A stretch of 64,000 nt of DNA from Macrostomum lignano (taxonomy: Eukaryota): positions 73,538 through 137,537 of the forward strand of contig NIVC01000912.1 in the NCBI GenBank assembly GCA_002269645.1. The letters run 5' to 3'. This document shows, piece by piece, positions 25,540 to 38,455 of the stretch; position 1 is the first letter of the stretch, and every line of letters starts with the position of its first letter. The position numbers and the translations under genes were made by a program. Below the pieces are notes generated by a model. That model saw only the letters and a list, made by a program, of their open reading frames with translations. It had not been told where the DNA came from and made no database searches.

Positions 25540-27344
25540 TCAATTGTCATAGGCCTATTTAATTTAATTTAGAAAAACTGCAACTTGCAAGCTATGACTT
25601 TAACTGAGTCCCAAGCATTATTTCAATAAGTGGCAAGTGGGCAGGGCAGGGGCCTATACTACTAGGGCCTAGGGAGGGCCCAGATAGGGTCCAGGGGAAT
25701 GTAGATCCACCTAAACTAAACAGCAAAAAATTTTGAAGCCTATTTTTCTAGTATATTTCGTTTTTCCCAACCTAGGGTTGGCCTATCCCTTCCCCGACCC
25801 TCCATAGGGGTGGCCTATCTTATCCTCACCCCAAAGGAAATTTCTGGCTATGCGCTTGCAAAAATGGATCTATTGACATATTGTATTGCTTAGGCCTACT
25901 AGTAATAGGCCTAGATAAAGCAAAGATTGTTGTTTTAGGCCTACCCTTGAAATTCCAAAGGGACAAAATGTTAAGAAATTAGATCCATACATAAACACTA
26001 TTATGAATAATTATATAGGCCCCCACTTAAGGAACTGGATTAATTTATTACGCTTGTACTTCCCAGGAAATGCTACAATGTACAAATAAAAGTCTGGTAC
26101 AAGCTTGCAAATCTAGAAACACCGGGCTTACCTTAAATTATTACGGGTTGGACCATAAATTATAGCAAAACTTAAGGCATAATTTTCTATAATGGCATAA
26201 ATACTTATAATACTGCACTAAATTGATAACTGTGTTCTTTTATTTTAATAAAAAAATCTGTCTTTATAGCTATGGACATTTCTTACGCGTATATCCAATT
26301 TTAATTTGTGTTTTCACGTTAAAAATTATTTAAAATCAGCCCATCAAGCTAGCTAGCTAGCCTACCGATCAGTAGACTAGAGCTATAGTGCTGGTAGCTG
26401 AAAGTATACGTTAGTATTTGCTTCGGCTACTAAAATTTATTCACTTAACTGTGCATTAAGACAACTGAAATACTCGAGAGCATAATGATCGATTTTTATC
26501 CATGTATTCAGATCTTTTGTACGAGTTTCAGCACACTCTGCTAAAAAGTTGTGTAATGAGGGCATGAATAATCGCTTTTTATTCGTATATTTTTCTGCAA
26601 GTTGACTTGAGGATATATAATACAAAACATGAGCACTCTCAGTAATGATGATGTGACGGCATTAATAGCCCATGTTCACTCAAAGTCAATTGAAAAGGCT
26701 TTGTTTCCATTTGTAAAACATGTAAGTAAAGACAAATATTTTAATTCGAAATCACCAATGTGTTTCTTTCACCAAATTTAGGCATCTTATGGTAGATTGT
26801 CTTTTTACCTTATTGCAAAGTAGGAGTACATCCTCAATTGTATAGTGAGTGATACATGTAGATACAAGAGGAGTAAATTACTAAAATAATCAAATGATTT
26901 TATAATTAAATGCTTATTGTTGCTTAGATCATTTAAAATAAAAAATAATCTGAGTTTTCTCTTAGCTTACTTTTTTTTAAATCACTTAGTTCTACAGATT
27001 GTTTACAAAATATCAAAAGTAGCTAGGAATTTATGCAAAATAAATTATATATCTTTTAGGAATATATAAAAAGTTGCAAAGGGTCTGAAGGTGACATATT
27101 AGCTTCTTTATTAAAAAATTGATATTTTGATTATGCTTGTTATATCTAAGGGACATTCATTAAAATATATGAGGTAGGTAAGTGCTGGTTTTTATCAGCT
27201 CAATGCAATTTAGCTTTCAAGCCTGTTTCAGTGTTAGGGTGGGTCAAATGATTTTCATTGTTTCTAGCTAGGGTTTTGACAGCCTACAAAAGCTGAACTT
27301 GCTATAGAATTTCCCCGCCTTAGATTCAAAGCCTGCTTAGCAGC

Positions 27345-29172
27345 CGATGCGACCTGGGCAAAACTGAGCGAACAGCTCAATTAGTCAGCGAGATGGGCGT
27401 CCGAGTTGGCCAAGCTGTTGAGCAGTTTGTCTCGGCTGGTCAGCTGGTGGCCGGCGAGAATCCGCAATTGGCAGCCGAGCTGAGCGAAGCCTGCCACCTG
27501 GCTAGGCAGGCTGGCCAGGCCATTGTCCAGCAGACTCAGTACCAGATGGAGCCCGGCAGAGGGGTTGTCTACGCCTGCGATCGGCACAGCTTAGTGCAAG
27601 CGGCTAAGCGGCTGGTGCAGGCGGTCACCAGGGTACTGGTGCTGGGCGATCAGGCTACTGTGCTGCAGCTGCTGGCCGCTAAGGACAGGGTGACCGCCTG
27701 CCTAACTGAGCTGGCCAAGCGGAGTAGGTGAGCTTCTAAACTGTAGAGTAGCTGCGGTTGAGTTGGCTACCGATATGTTGCAACAATTGATATAGAAAAT
27801 CATAATCAAGCGGAGAATATTGGGAATTAGAGATAAATGGGATGGGATATTTTGGATTAGAGAGATACAATTAGGGACTGGATCCCAAAGATTGGGGATC
27901 AGAGAACGTGAATGAGAGAATGGGGATCAGAGAGAGGGAACTTAGAAAATTTTTATCTGAGGGAGAATTGAGAGTAAGGATCATAAAGAGGGGATAGGAT
28001 AAGAGATCCGACAGATATAATGGGAGACTATGAATCTGAGAGTGGGTAGAGAATGAGGATCTCATGACTGGATAGCGATCCCACACCCCGTCCGTCCCGC
28101 AGTTTCGCTGAGTTCATGTCTCAATTCGCGGAGCTCGGCCAGCACATGGTGCAGCTCGGACAGCTGTCCGGGGAGCGGCAGGCGGACGTGAAATGCGAAA
28201 TCGCCCGCTGCAAGCTAGCTCACATGCGCTCGGCCTTGGAGAAGGCGGTCGGGCTACAGCTGACAGCCTCCAAGCTGTACCTGCGGCATCCCGACAACAC
28301 CTGCGCTCAGCGTCTGCGCGCCGACGTCCTTGCTCACATGCGGCTGAGCTTGGACAGTCTGGCCGATGTGGTGGCAAGGTGGGGCTCGCGCTAACCTTTG
28401 TCTTTTAAAAGGATCTGTGAGAGGTTTCAGCGGCGGCGCACACTGAGAACTCGGGGACTCAGAAGGGGGGGGTTGGGTGGGCACCACGCGGCACACCGAA
28501 GACTCAGGGAGGGTGGCGGCAGGAGGCACACTGAAGATTCAGGGACTCACGGAGGGTGGCGTCAGGCAGCACACTGAAGACTCAAGGACTCAGGGAGGGT
28601 GGCGGCAGGCTGAAGACTCCAGGGTGGCAGCAGGAGGCACACGGAAGACTCAGGGAGGGTGGGCGGCAGGAGGCACACTGAAGACTCAGGGAGGGTGGGT
28701 GGCAGGCGGCACACTGAAGACTCAGTAGTTCAACTCTCACCTTCCCGCCAGACGCCAGCAGGAGCGGCAGTCCCGCAGCAGTCCCCGCCTGCCCGATCAC
28801 CAAATTCTCGGACAGCTGGCCAGCGAACGCGGTCTGATCGGCCACTCGGTGCAGGTGGCACAGGCGCTGGACTGGCATGGCTTCGAGCTGGCGTGGGAGC
28901 GCTGCCTGACCGTCTGCCTGCTGATCTCGCAGCTGCACTCCTGCCCGCCGTGCTGGTGGGCTGCCGCGGACTGGCTGGAGTACTACGTGCAAACCCTCGG
29001 CAACATGCTGCTGACCTCGATGCGCGCTCTGGAGGTGCTGACCCCGGCGTCGAAAGTGGCGCAGGAGAATCTTGACGCATTCTTAGACACTTGGAGATGC
29101 GTTGTGACTAACGAGCTGGGACACCTGCTGCTGACTGTGTTGGACCAGGCGTCTACTCTAGGTAGACGGCAG
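27345..29172 (+). CDS. CTNNAL1: Alpha-catulin (vinculin/alpha-catenin family), partial; exons ~27345-27727, 28103-28378, 28752-29172
   Basis: RVGQAVEQFVSAGQLVAGEN, AAKRLVQAVTRVLVLGD, LSGERQADVK, LLTAS-like LQLTASKLYLRHP and PASKVAQENLDAFLDTW match alpha-catulin. Junction phases 2 and 2 are consistent. First and last exons not found. Confidence 0.85.
28430..28725. repeat. ~33-bp minisatellite (ggcggcacactgaagactcagggagggt) in the alpha-catulin intron
   Basis: Direct inspection. Confidence 0.9.
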
Positions 29173-31484
29173 GTGAGCTGCTTAGCTAACTAATCAGCGC
29201 CCCCCCCGTTGGGGAGCCAACAATGAATGGAATACAGCACTCATACACACGCTCACTCAGGGTGTACAGCGTCACACAAGCCCCAACCCCTCCCTCCCGA
29301 TCCCGGGACTATCAATCCAGATATTTCTATTTTACAAACGTTTATCACTGCCAGTTTAGAGTTGAAGCCTGTTGATGCGGTGAGAGACTGGCTGGATGGC
29401 GGATGCTGAGGCTGGGACTGACAGGCCACTGAGGGATATTGCATGTGGCCCGGGGTCGCATGCCCTCCCACCCTGAACAAGACACAATGACAGACATTGT
29501 AGCCAGTATTATGAATTTTGCTTTTCGTAACGTCAGCGTAGCGCCAAAAGACCTTTTTGGCCAAATAATTATCACCAGTTCTGTCGATATTGGAAATTCA
29601 GCCAATGCTCTCAGCCACAGATTTCAATGGGAATCTTTAGGATTACCAGCTAATCCGGCATTTCTATCTAGCCACTTCATCCTTAAGATTATCTATCTGC
29701 TAGTCTGGCTTGCGGCTAAGGGTTAGTAGGTAAAGAATAGCAACTGAGATTCATTAATTTGCTAATGATTTCATGAAAGTAGAAACTCCGCCCAATTCCT
29801 GCACTCATTATATTGAGTCAGAATGTTCCAGTGGGCCGGGGTTCGACTCCCAGGCATGGCACGGTGAGGAGGCGACTTAACATGCTCTTCGCGAGTACGA
29901 CTTACGGGAAAAAAGGCACAAAGGCAACTAAGCCGCCGCGAGGAAGGGAAAGTGGATTGAATCAATAATAGACGACAAAATCATAACGGTTAATTTTTTA
30001 TGCAATATGCAGTTAGAATCGCGATGCCTAATAACGCGTGTGGGATCTCTGCCTGCGGGGCATCCCGAGGATGAGGCGGCGCAGCAAGTCCTGGGGCTTT
30101 CGTGTCATTGCGTTTTCAATGGCATGACGCAGCTCTGAAAACATTCTGTGTTGGATTCTCTTTTCGAATGCTGCGTTTTAGGAAGTCCCCGACATGCTCG
30201 ATGGGGTATAAAATTTCGTCTTATTGCTTTATTGATTTTTGCAAAGCTTTGTAAAGATTGTACATACGTTTTTAGTTAGAGGCAGGGGCTGTGTGTACCC
30301 TAGAGCACTTTAAGCGACATTGTCACACAACCGGTGAGACGCATTACTGCCCATTCTGCCGACTCCCCTGAGCAGGCACACAAGCGCGCGGATACGTACG
30401 CAGTCACACAGGAGTGCACAGCGGCCCGTAACTTTATTTATCGTTATTAGGCATGTACACTTCACTGTGCCTTGGAGGTTGGCCCTCCAGTGCGTTAATT
30501 GCACGAGCAGAGCCAAGCCGAAACTCCAATTTAGCTCCAAATTAATGTGACTGCACTGGGAATCGAGCCTGGGCCGCTGGTACATCAGAGCGCCGCGCTG
30601 GACCACAACAGATGCGGCACTCCGGAGGGGGTGGGGCGGGGACGGAGGGCCTTCGCCGTGCTCGATCTTTTCTCCCAGTCCCGCTCGCTCTCTAAGCCGA
30701 GATCCGGCAGCTCTCCTCATCCTACCATAGCGCCCCGCTCCCTCTTTTTCTCTCATCTATCAGATTTCTCCGCCGCCTCGTGCGAGCGAGTGTGAATCTG
30801 TGCGGTCGGGCTTGATGATGCACCAACCCTCCTGCAGTCTCCCTCATCCTCCCCCCATTCCAGCTGCTCGACCGGAGCAATATCGATTTTCTTCTCAGTG
30901 CTCTCTCCTTTCTCTCCTCTTCCTTCTTCTAGTAGTGCTCTGCAGACTTTACTGGCAGCAGCAGCAGCAGCTTAGATGCCATCAGGCGGCGGGTATTTAG
31001 CGCCGGGAAGCTGGCCGAGCCGATGATGAAGCTCGACTGCCACAATGCTGGATTCTTTTGTCTCCCGATGCAGTCAATCCTAGCTATTAGTTATTTGCAT
31101 TCAACCTGCCCCAACCGCCTTCCCCTAAGATTTCCGGGCTTCTAGAAACGGACACGCAGGCAGATGAAGCTAATTTCCCCCTTCTACACCGGCCTGTCAA
31201 TCAGTAGGTGGGGAAGCTGGGAGAGAAACACTGCGGGAGTGCAGCTACCTACTCTCCATGCTGGCTGTGCAAAGTGGCTGGGATCGACTATTTAGGAAAT
31301 GGGGAGGAAAGGGGAGAAGGAGTGGAAGAGAGACGGCTTGGCAGAGAAGTTGGGTAGAGAGGGCGAGACGGACGGGCTGAGAGACTGATAGACGTAGACT
31401 GATTTTCGTGGACTAATTAATGGATTGATTGATTGGCCAATTGGTTGAGTAATAGAGTATACTGAGATTGATTGACGCTAAGAC

Positions 31485-31580
31485 AGACAGACAGACAGAC
31501 AGGCAGACAGACAGACAGGCAGACAGACAGACAGACAGACAGACAGGCAGACAGACAGACAGACAGACAGACAGACAGGC

Positions 31581-31613
<33 letters not shown>

Positions 31614-31676
31614 GGCAGACAGACAGACAGGCAGACAGACAGACAGGCAGACAGACAGACAGACAGACAGACAGGC

Positions 31677-31709
<33 letters not shown>

Positions 31710-31724
31710 GGCAGACAGACAGAC

Positions 31725-31761
<37 letters not shown>

Positions 31762-31830
31762 GGCAGACAGACAGACAGATAGACAGACAGACAGACAGAC
31801 AGACAGGCAAACAGGCAGGCAGGCAATAGG
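31485..31830. repeat. (CAGA)n microsatellite
   Basis: Direct inspection. Confidence 0.97.
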
Positions 31831-32299
31831 AAGGAGCGAACGGGCAATAAAACGCCAGCACTGCAGGAAAAGATCAGCTGCAAACGGTTTATCCTTAATT
31901 TTATTGATTCTTTCAAATTTGCATTTTTTCGCATTGTTGTAGACTGTCAGTCTAAGAAAAATTGGCTTAGTTTAAAGCAATAACAATAAATAGATTTGGT
32001 CCGGTGCAGTTTCACTGCGGGCCTCTGTCTACCCAGCTGCAGTTGCGGGCGCTAAACTGTTTTGCCCGGCTCGTCTCCCTTATCTCTGTCCGCAGTCATC
32101 GGCTGAGGGCTGGCATGGGTGGCATGGTGCAGCGAAAATTTCTGCCTGGTGAATCGATTTTTTGTGTCGTTTTATTTGGGATTTGTCTGCATGATGCAGC
32201 TGTGTGGGGCCGGTCAATGTGCCTGTGACATCGCTTGCTGTTTATGAAGGTTTTTTACGAGCGCAGAGTCGTTTAGACTGATCCGTGTGAGATTTCAAG

Positions 32300-32960
32300 G
32301 TTGATTGTCACTCTCTGGTTGTCGGAATTCAAAGTCATTTTCACTCTCTGAAAGTCTGAATTTTAGGGTCATTGTCACTCCTTGAAGAGTGGAAGTTCAG
32401 AGTCATTGTCACTCTCTAGAATTTGGAAGTTCAGTCATCGTCACTCTCTAAAAGTCGGAATTTCAGAGCCATTGTCACTCCCTGAAAGTGGAAGTTCAGA
32501 GCCATTGTCACTCCCTGAAAAGTGGAAGTTCAGAGCCATTGTCACTCCCTGAAAGTGGAAGTTCAGAGTCATTGTCACTCCCTGAAAAGTGGAAGTTCAG
32601 AGCCATTGTCACTCTCTGAAAAGTGGAAGTTCAGAGCCATTGTCACTCTCTGAAAAGTGGAAGTTCAGAGCCATTGTCACTCCCTGAAAAGTGGAAGTTC
32701 AGAGCCATTGTCACTCCCTGAAAAGTGGAAGTTCAGAGTCATTGTCACTCTCTGAAAAGTGGAAGTTCAGAGTCATTGTCACTCCCTGAAAAGTGGAAGT
32801 TCAGAGCCATTGTCACTCCCTGAAAAGTGGAAGTTCAGAGCCATTGTCACTCCCTGAAAAGTGGAAGTTCAGAGCCATTGTCACTCCCTGAAAAGTGGAA
32901 GTTCAGAGCCATTGTCACTCCCTGAAAAATGGAAGTTCAAAGGCATCGTTACTCCCTTCA
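32300..32960. repeat. 33/34-bp minisatellite (aaaagtggaagttcagagccattgtcactccctg)
   Basis: Direct inspection; degenerate at left, homogeneous at right. Confidence 0.95.
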
Positions 32961-34914
32961 GAGTGATAACTCAGAGATTTGTCTGTCTGTCTGTCTTAGC
33001 TGTTGCTCAAATTTGCTATTAGGCTGTATGAATAAAGTTGCTAATGAGCTCTGCGGGTACTCAAGAAGCCGCACAATGAGACGCAGTAGATGCTGCTCAG
33101 GTGTGTCTCTAATTTACTCGCAGCAGACTCGGTAGAGCTACTCAACTCATTTGTCGGATCGCAGTTTGACAAGCGTGGGAACTTTTCTCCGCGCCTCTGC
33201 AATGTAATTGATGATTAGAAGAGAGTAAGAGGCTGGACAGCCGTCGACTCTTTCTAAGAAAAACGATTAGTCTCGCTGTAAACCCGTGTTTCTGCTCAGT
33301 AAATAACTAGTGCGGACTGTTTGTCGTTTGGTTTGTGCCGCGTCTCCATGCGTGCGCTCCTCAGTGTGCGTGTTTTGATGCCGGCTCTTACTTATTTTCA
33401 CTTTACGAGCTCGGAGCTGCTCAAATATTATGCGCGATCGAGAGAAAGAAAGAGGCCAAGGACTTTTGGATAGCTAGACTAGGATATGCATTCCGAATTC
33501 AAAAAATTCACGCAAAACGACAACGAGTACTCTGTGATAGTCTGTGATAATTTTGTGATCTATGGAGAAATTATTGTTGAAGAGTTTGGCTGTTATGATC
33601 CGTTTGCTTGCTCTAGTCCAGGTCTTTTCATCCAGAGAACCCTGGAGAGTTTCCAGCCCCCCATTAGCTCGTGTTGACAGGTAAGATAAATGAGATCCTC
33701 GCTTGCTTGAGCTGAGAAATTCGCGTGTCGAGAGCTCACTACTCTTCGTTTCCCTTAGTAACGCGGAGAGAAAAGTAAAGTTTCACTAAATATTGTAGAG
33801 CAGGACTAACCTCTCGGAGTCGGGGAGCTTTAGTCAGGAGCGCTGTACACCCAGTGTGAGCGTGGAGTTTGGGTAGCTACCCCTTTGCGAACTACTTGTA
33901 ACTACCGAGCGTAATATCCAAGATCTCAGGCACTTGACTTGGGTCTTCATCCACTCCTCCTTCAGTACCAGTCCGTAGGACATTTAGAATCCTTATATAT
34001 ATTATATCAAGTATTTTTAATAGGAACTGCCACTTTGGTAACTTTGCTTTGTTGACACAGTTAGCGGTAAGCACGAAGGCTACGCTATAACATACGGCAT
34101 CCCGCGATTTTCATCCAGCTCTTTTCTCCTCCTGTCCGCTCCTCTCTCGCTCACCGGGACTGTTGGATGAGGAGCTCCTGCAGTTTTTAATTATTCAACA
34201 GCTGAGGCCCCCGCCTCTCCTACATGTAAACCGTGTTTTGTCACCCCCTGGGCTCCGTTTAATCCGCTCAATGCGAGTCCAAGTCTGATATTAGTTTGTT
34301 ATAACTAATTCTGCGCTTCCAGTTAGGCATTGGTGATCTTTTATCGAAAATGCAGTATTTGTTGCGGTTTTATCAGCTTAACAACCAACATTCGGCATTA
34401 TAATTTATGCGAGAGAGAGATCTTTAGGAAGCAATCTGCTAGATGCACTTTTATCGCCTCCTACCAGCTTCCAAAGTCTGCATGGCTGCTCTTCATCTTG
34501 GCCATCTCCTGCCTAACCCTACTCAGACAGCGGCGGATCCGGGATCCCTGGTAGCCGTCCTGAATCCCCAGCGGACTCCGATGGGGGGGGCAGGCTCGTC
34601 CGTAAGGTGGCTGGTATCTATCCGCCATCCCCTCACCAATTCCATCTTGCCGATTCGCTCTCTCTTCTGAGAAGCCGCGTTCAACTTCCCTGCCGACCCG
34701 ATTCCGGATCCCCTCCTTGCCGATCCCTCCTGGCAATCCGCTTTGAGCTCAGCCGAAAATTTGCCTGATTAATTCGTCCGTGGCCCGTTCACAACACAGG
34801 GCATTATAGCTGCGTCTGCTGGCCTCGTGTGTTATTTCTCCATGTGCACTGTGTTGAAGCTGAGTTTGCTTAAAATGGGACTTCTGGGACTCGCATTTGG
34901 ACTCAGAAATCCTC

Positions 34915-35115
34915 ATGACACCCTCCGTTAGCTTACTGAGGTATCCTAGTGACGCCCACCCCACCTCCTCGTTAGCTTACTGAGGTATCCTAGTGACGCC
35001 CACCCCACCTCCTTGTTAGCTTACTGAGGTATCCTCATGACGCCCACCCCACCTCTTTGTTAGCTTATTGAGGTATCCTAGTGACGCCCACCCCACCTCC
35101 TCGTTAGCTTACTGC
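34915..35115. repeat. 44-bp tandem repeat, about 4 copies
   Basis: gttagcttactgaggtatcctagtgacgcccaccccacctcct. Confidence 0.9.
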
Positions 35116-35329
35116 CCTATAACTACTTACAACCACTAATTGACAGAACACTCTCGCTACAAACGGCGGAAACGGCGCTGGCGGCTCGGGATCTGTTTCG
35201 CCGGAAACTTCCGCACCGGAAGGCGGCAGCAAGAAGGCAGCCAATCACGCGCAAGCTGGCCCGCTGCCATCGAAAGCTAATTAATAATTTGATCGATTGC
35301 TGATCTAGGGTTGAGGTTTCTAGAGGCGA

Positions 35330-35800
35330 GACTCATTATGATGAGATTCATAGGGGTGAGATTCATAGGGTGAGATTCATAGGAGTTAGAACCATAAATG
35401 GTGAGATTCATCAGGATGAGATTCATAGGGGTGAGATTCATAGGGGTGAGATTCATAGTGGTGAGATTCATAGGGGTGAGATTCATAGGGGTGAGATTCA
35501 TAGGGGTGAGATTCATAGGGGTGCGACTTCTAGTGATGAGATTCATAGGGGTGAGACTCATAATGGTGAGATTCATAGGGGTGAGATTCATAGGGTGAGA
35601 CTCATAGGGGTTTAGATCCATAGGGGTGAGATTCATAAGGATATATTCATAGGTGTGAGACTCATAGAGGCGAGACTTCTAGTGATGAGATTCATAGGGG
35701 TGAGACTCATAGGAATGTGACTCATAATGGTGAGATTCATCGGGGTGAGATTCATAGGGTTGAGATTCATAGGTTGAGACTCATAGGAGTCAGATTTTGA
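35330..35800. repeat. 15-bp minisatellite (gtgagattcataggg)
   Basis: Direct inspection. Confidence 0.92.
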
Positions 35801-36184
35801 GTGATGAGATGTCGATTTTCTCATTCCAAGTGTGAGATTCGGGCCTGATATTCCCGTAGTCTAGATACCGCTTATTGCATAGCATTGATGAAAGCTTTTT
35901 TGGCAAAAAACGAACAATTTTACCTGTGACTTATCAAGCTGCATACTTTTATGGCAATTTTGCAATACATTTTTGTTTTTGCTTGCTGCTAATTTTTATA
36001 TATCGAATTGAATTGACTCAGCTATACTCACCGTTGTTGAAAACTCGCGTTGTAAATAACTTGCGGATTATACGCGCTCAGCTGTCAATATTGTTTTTTT
36101 ATTTCTATTGTCTCTGGACTCGCTCGCCTCTCAGTGTCATGTGCGCCTCGATTCCCATGTTGCATGCTGTTAATTTGTGTTTGA

Positions 36185-36535
36185 AAACTCTCTCTCTCCA
36201 TATCTCACCTCTCTCTCCATATCTCACCCTTTCTCTTCATATCTCACCCTCTCTCTACATATCTCACCTCTCTCTCCATATCTCACCCTTTCTCTTCATA
36301 TCTCCCCCTTCCCTCTCAATATCTCACCCTCCCTCTCTATATCTCACCCTCTCTCTCTCTCTCTCCATATCTGACCCTTCCCTCTCCAAATCTCACCCCC
36401 TCTCTCCCCATGTTCCCCTCTATCTCTCCATATCTCACCCTCTCTCTCCATATCTGACCCTTCCCTCTCCATATCTCCCCCTTCCGTCTCCATAGCTCAC
36501 CCTTTCCTCTCTATATCTCACCCTCCCTCCCTCCG
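36185..36535. repeat. CT-rich ~22-bp minisatellite (atatctcaccctctctctcc)
   Basis: Direct inspection. Confidence 0.85.
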
Positions 36536-37279
36536 TCAGTCGCGGATCTCTATATGTACAACAAAGTCGATTGATACTAATTATGATGGATATTAATTAG
36601 TTATTTATTGTTGTCGAACAAATTTATACTCCAATTAGAAAAATCAATAAACTGTCTTATTGCCACGTGTTAGAAATTCGCTCATATTTGAAAAATTCTA
36701 TCGTCTGTTCGGACTGACTTATAGAAAATTTACTATAAAACTCACTAGAGACTCGAGAAATTTATCGATTTTCGAGCGCATGATGTTTTCATCAACCTTA
36801 ATCAGTCCTCTGTGTTTGTTTTCCTCCGTCTGCCTCTTTTGCTTAAATGAAACCCAGTTCGCATCTGTTGCATTGCAAAAGCATTTTTCACTCTTAATAA
36901 CGAGGTCTCAGCTACATATTAATTTATTCATTAGTTAGAATAATTTTTAATGGATGGCAACTCTTTACTCAAAATGCAAGCTTAAGTGTACTACTTACTC
37001 AAATATTTATTAAATATGTGTGCGTTTTTGTTTTATTTTTATTTTTTGTTATTAAATAAATTTGTTATAAATAGGCTGGCACACTAATGTAACCCGCTTA
37101 TTGTGAATGCTTGGAGTGTTGAATGCGGCTCATGTAATTGCTAATTATATATGAAATATTACATTACTTAATATACAGCTATTTATAATATGCAACTGTA
37201 TTGTGATACAAGAATGTTTTTATTTAATTCTATTCATATTGTCTTCCGAGTGCCTTTGCTTTGTTTGGCTATTATAAAT

Positions 37280-38455
37280 ACTAGATTTCTAATGCAGTTT
37301 CTAATCCAGATTCTATAGATTTCTAATGCAGTTTCTAATCCAGATTCTATAGATTTCTAATGCAGTTTCTAATCCACATTCTATAGATTTCTAATGCAGT
37401 TTCTAATCCAGAGTCTATAGATTTCTAATGCAGTTTCCAATCCAGATTCTATAGATTTCTAATGCAGTTTCTAATCCAGATTCTATAGATTTCTAATGCA
37501 GTTTCTAATCCAGATTCTATAGATTTCTAATGCAGTTTCCAATCCAGATTCTATAGATTTCTAATGCAGTTTCTAATCCAGATTCTATAGATTTCTAATG
37601 CAGTTTCTAATCCAGATTCTATAGATTTCTAATGCAGTTTCTAATCCACATTCTATAGATTTCTAATGCAGTTTCTAATCCAGATTCTATAGATTTCTAA
37701 TGCAGTTTCTAATCCAGATTCTATAGATTTCTAATGCAGTTTCTAATCCACATTCTATAGATTTCTAATGCAGTTTCCAATCCAGATTCTATAGATTTCT
37801 AATGCAGTTTCTAATCCACATTCTATAGATTTCTAATGCAGTTTCTAATCCAGATTCTATAGATTTCTAATGCAGTTTCTAATCCAGATTCTATAGATTT
37901 CTAATGCAGTTTCTAATCCACATTCTATAGATTTCTAATGCAGTTTCCAATCCAGATTCTATAGATTTCTAATGCAGTTTCTAATCCACATTCTATAGAT
38001 TTCTAATGCAGTTTCTAATCCAGATTCTATAGATTTCTAATGCAGTTTCTAATCCAGATTCTATAGATTTCTAATGCAGTTTCTAATCCAGATTCTATAG
38101 ATTTCTAATGCAGTTTCTAATCCACATTCTATAGATTTCTAATGCAGTTTCTAATCCAGATTCTATAGATTTCTAATGCAGTTTCTAATCCAGATTCTAT
38201 AGATTTCTAATGCAGTTTCTAATCCACATTCTATAGATTTCTAATGCAGTTTCTAATCCAGATTCTATAGATTTCTAATGCAGTTTCCAATCCAGATTCT
38301 ATAGATTTCTAATGCAGTTTCTAATCCAGATTCTATAGATTTCTAATGCAGTTTCCAATCCAGAGTCTATAGATTTCTAATGCAGTTTCTAATCCACATT
38401 CTATAGATTTCTAATGCAGTTTCCAATCCAGAGTCCATGGATTTCTAATGCAGAA
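37280..38455. repeat. 34-bp minisatellite (tgcagtttctaatccagattctatagatttctaa), about 34 copies
   Basis: Direct inspection; no spacers. Confidence 0.98.

Noticed and set aside
25620-25865. GC-richer patch ending ctggctatgcgcttg, reminiscent of a MITE terminus
   Set aside because: No matching inverted end or TSD found.
23219-26625. Short AT-rich ORFs at 23219-23434 and 26437-26625
   Set aside because: No recognisable motif or proper start; may be decayed transposon sequence but unsupported.
29439-29726. ORF with faint resemblance to the alpha-catulin C-terminal domain (MTDIVASIMNFAF...KDLFGQ)
   Set aside because: Similarity too weak by eye, with an in-frame stop just upstream and no clear splice sites.
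37280-38455. 34-bp repeats (also 32300-32960) of CRISPR-like length
   Set aside because: Units are head-to-tail with no unique spacers, there are no cas genes, and the context is eukaryotic.
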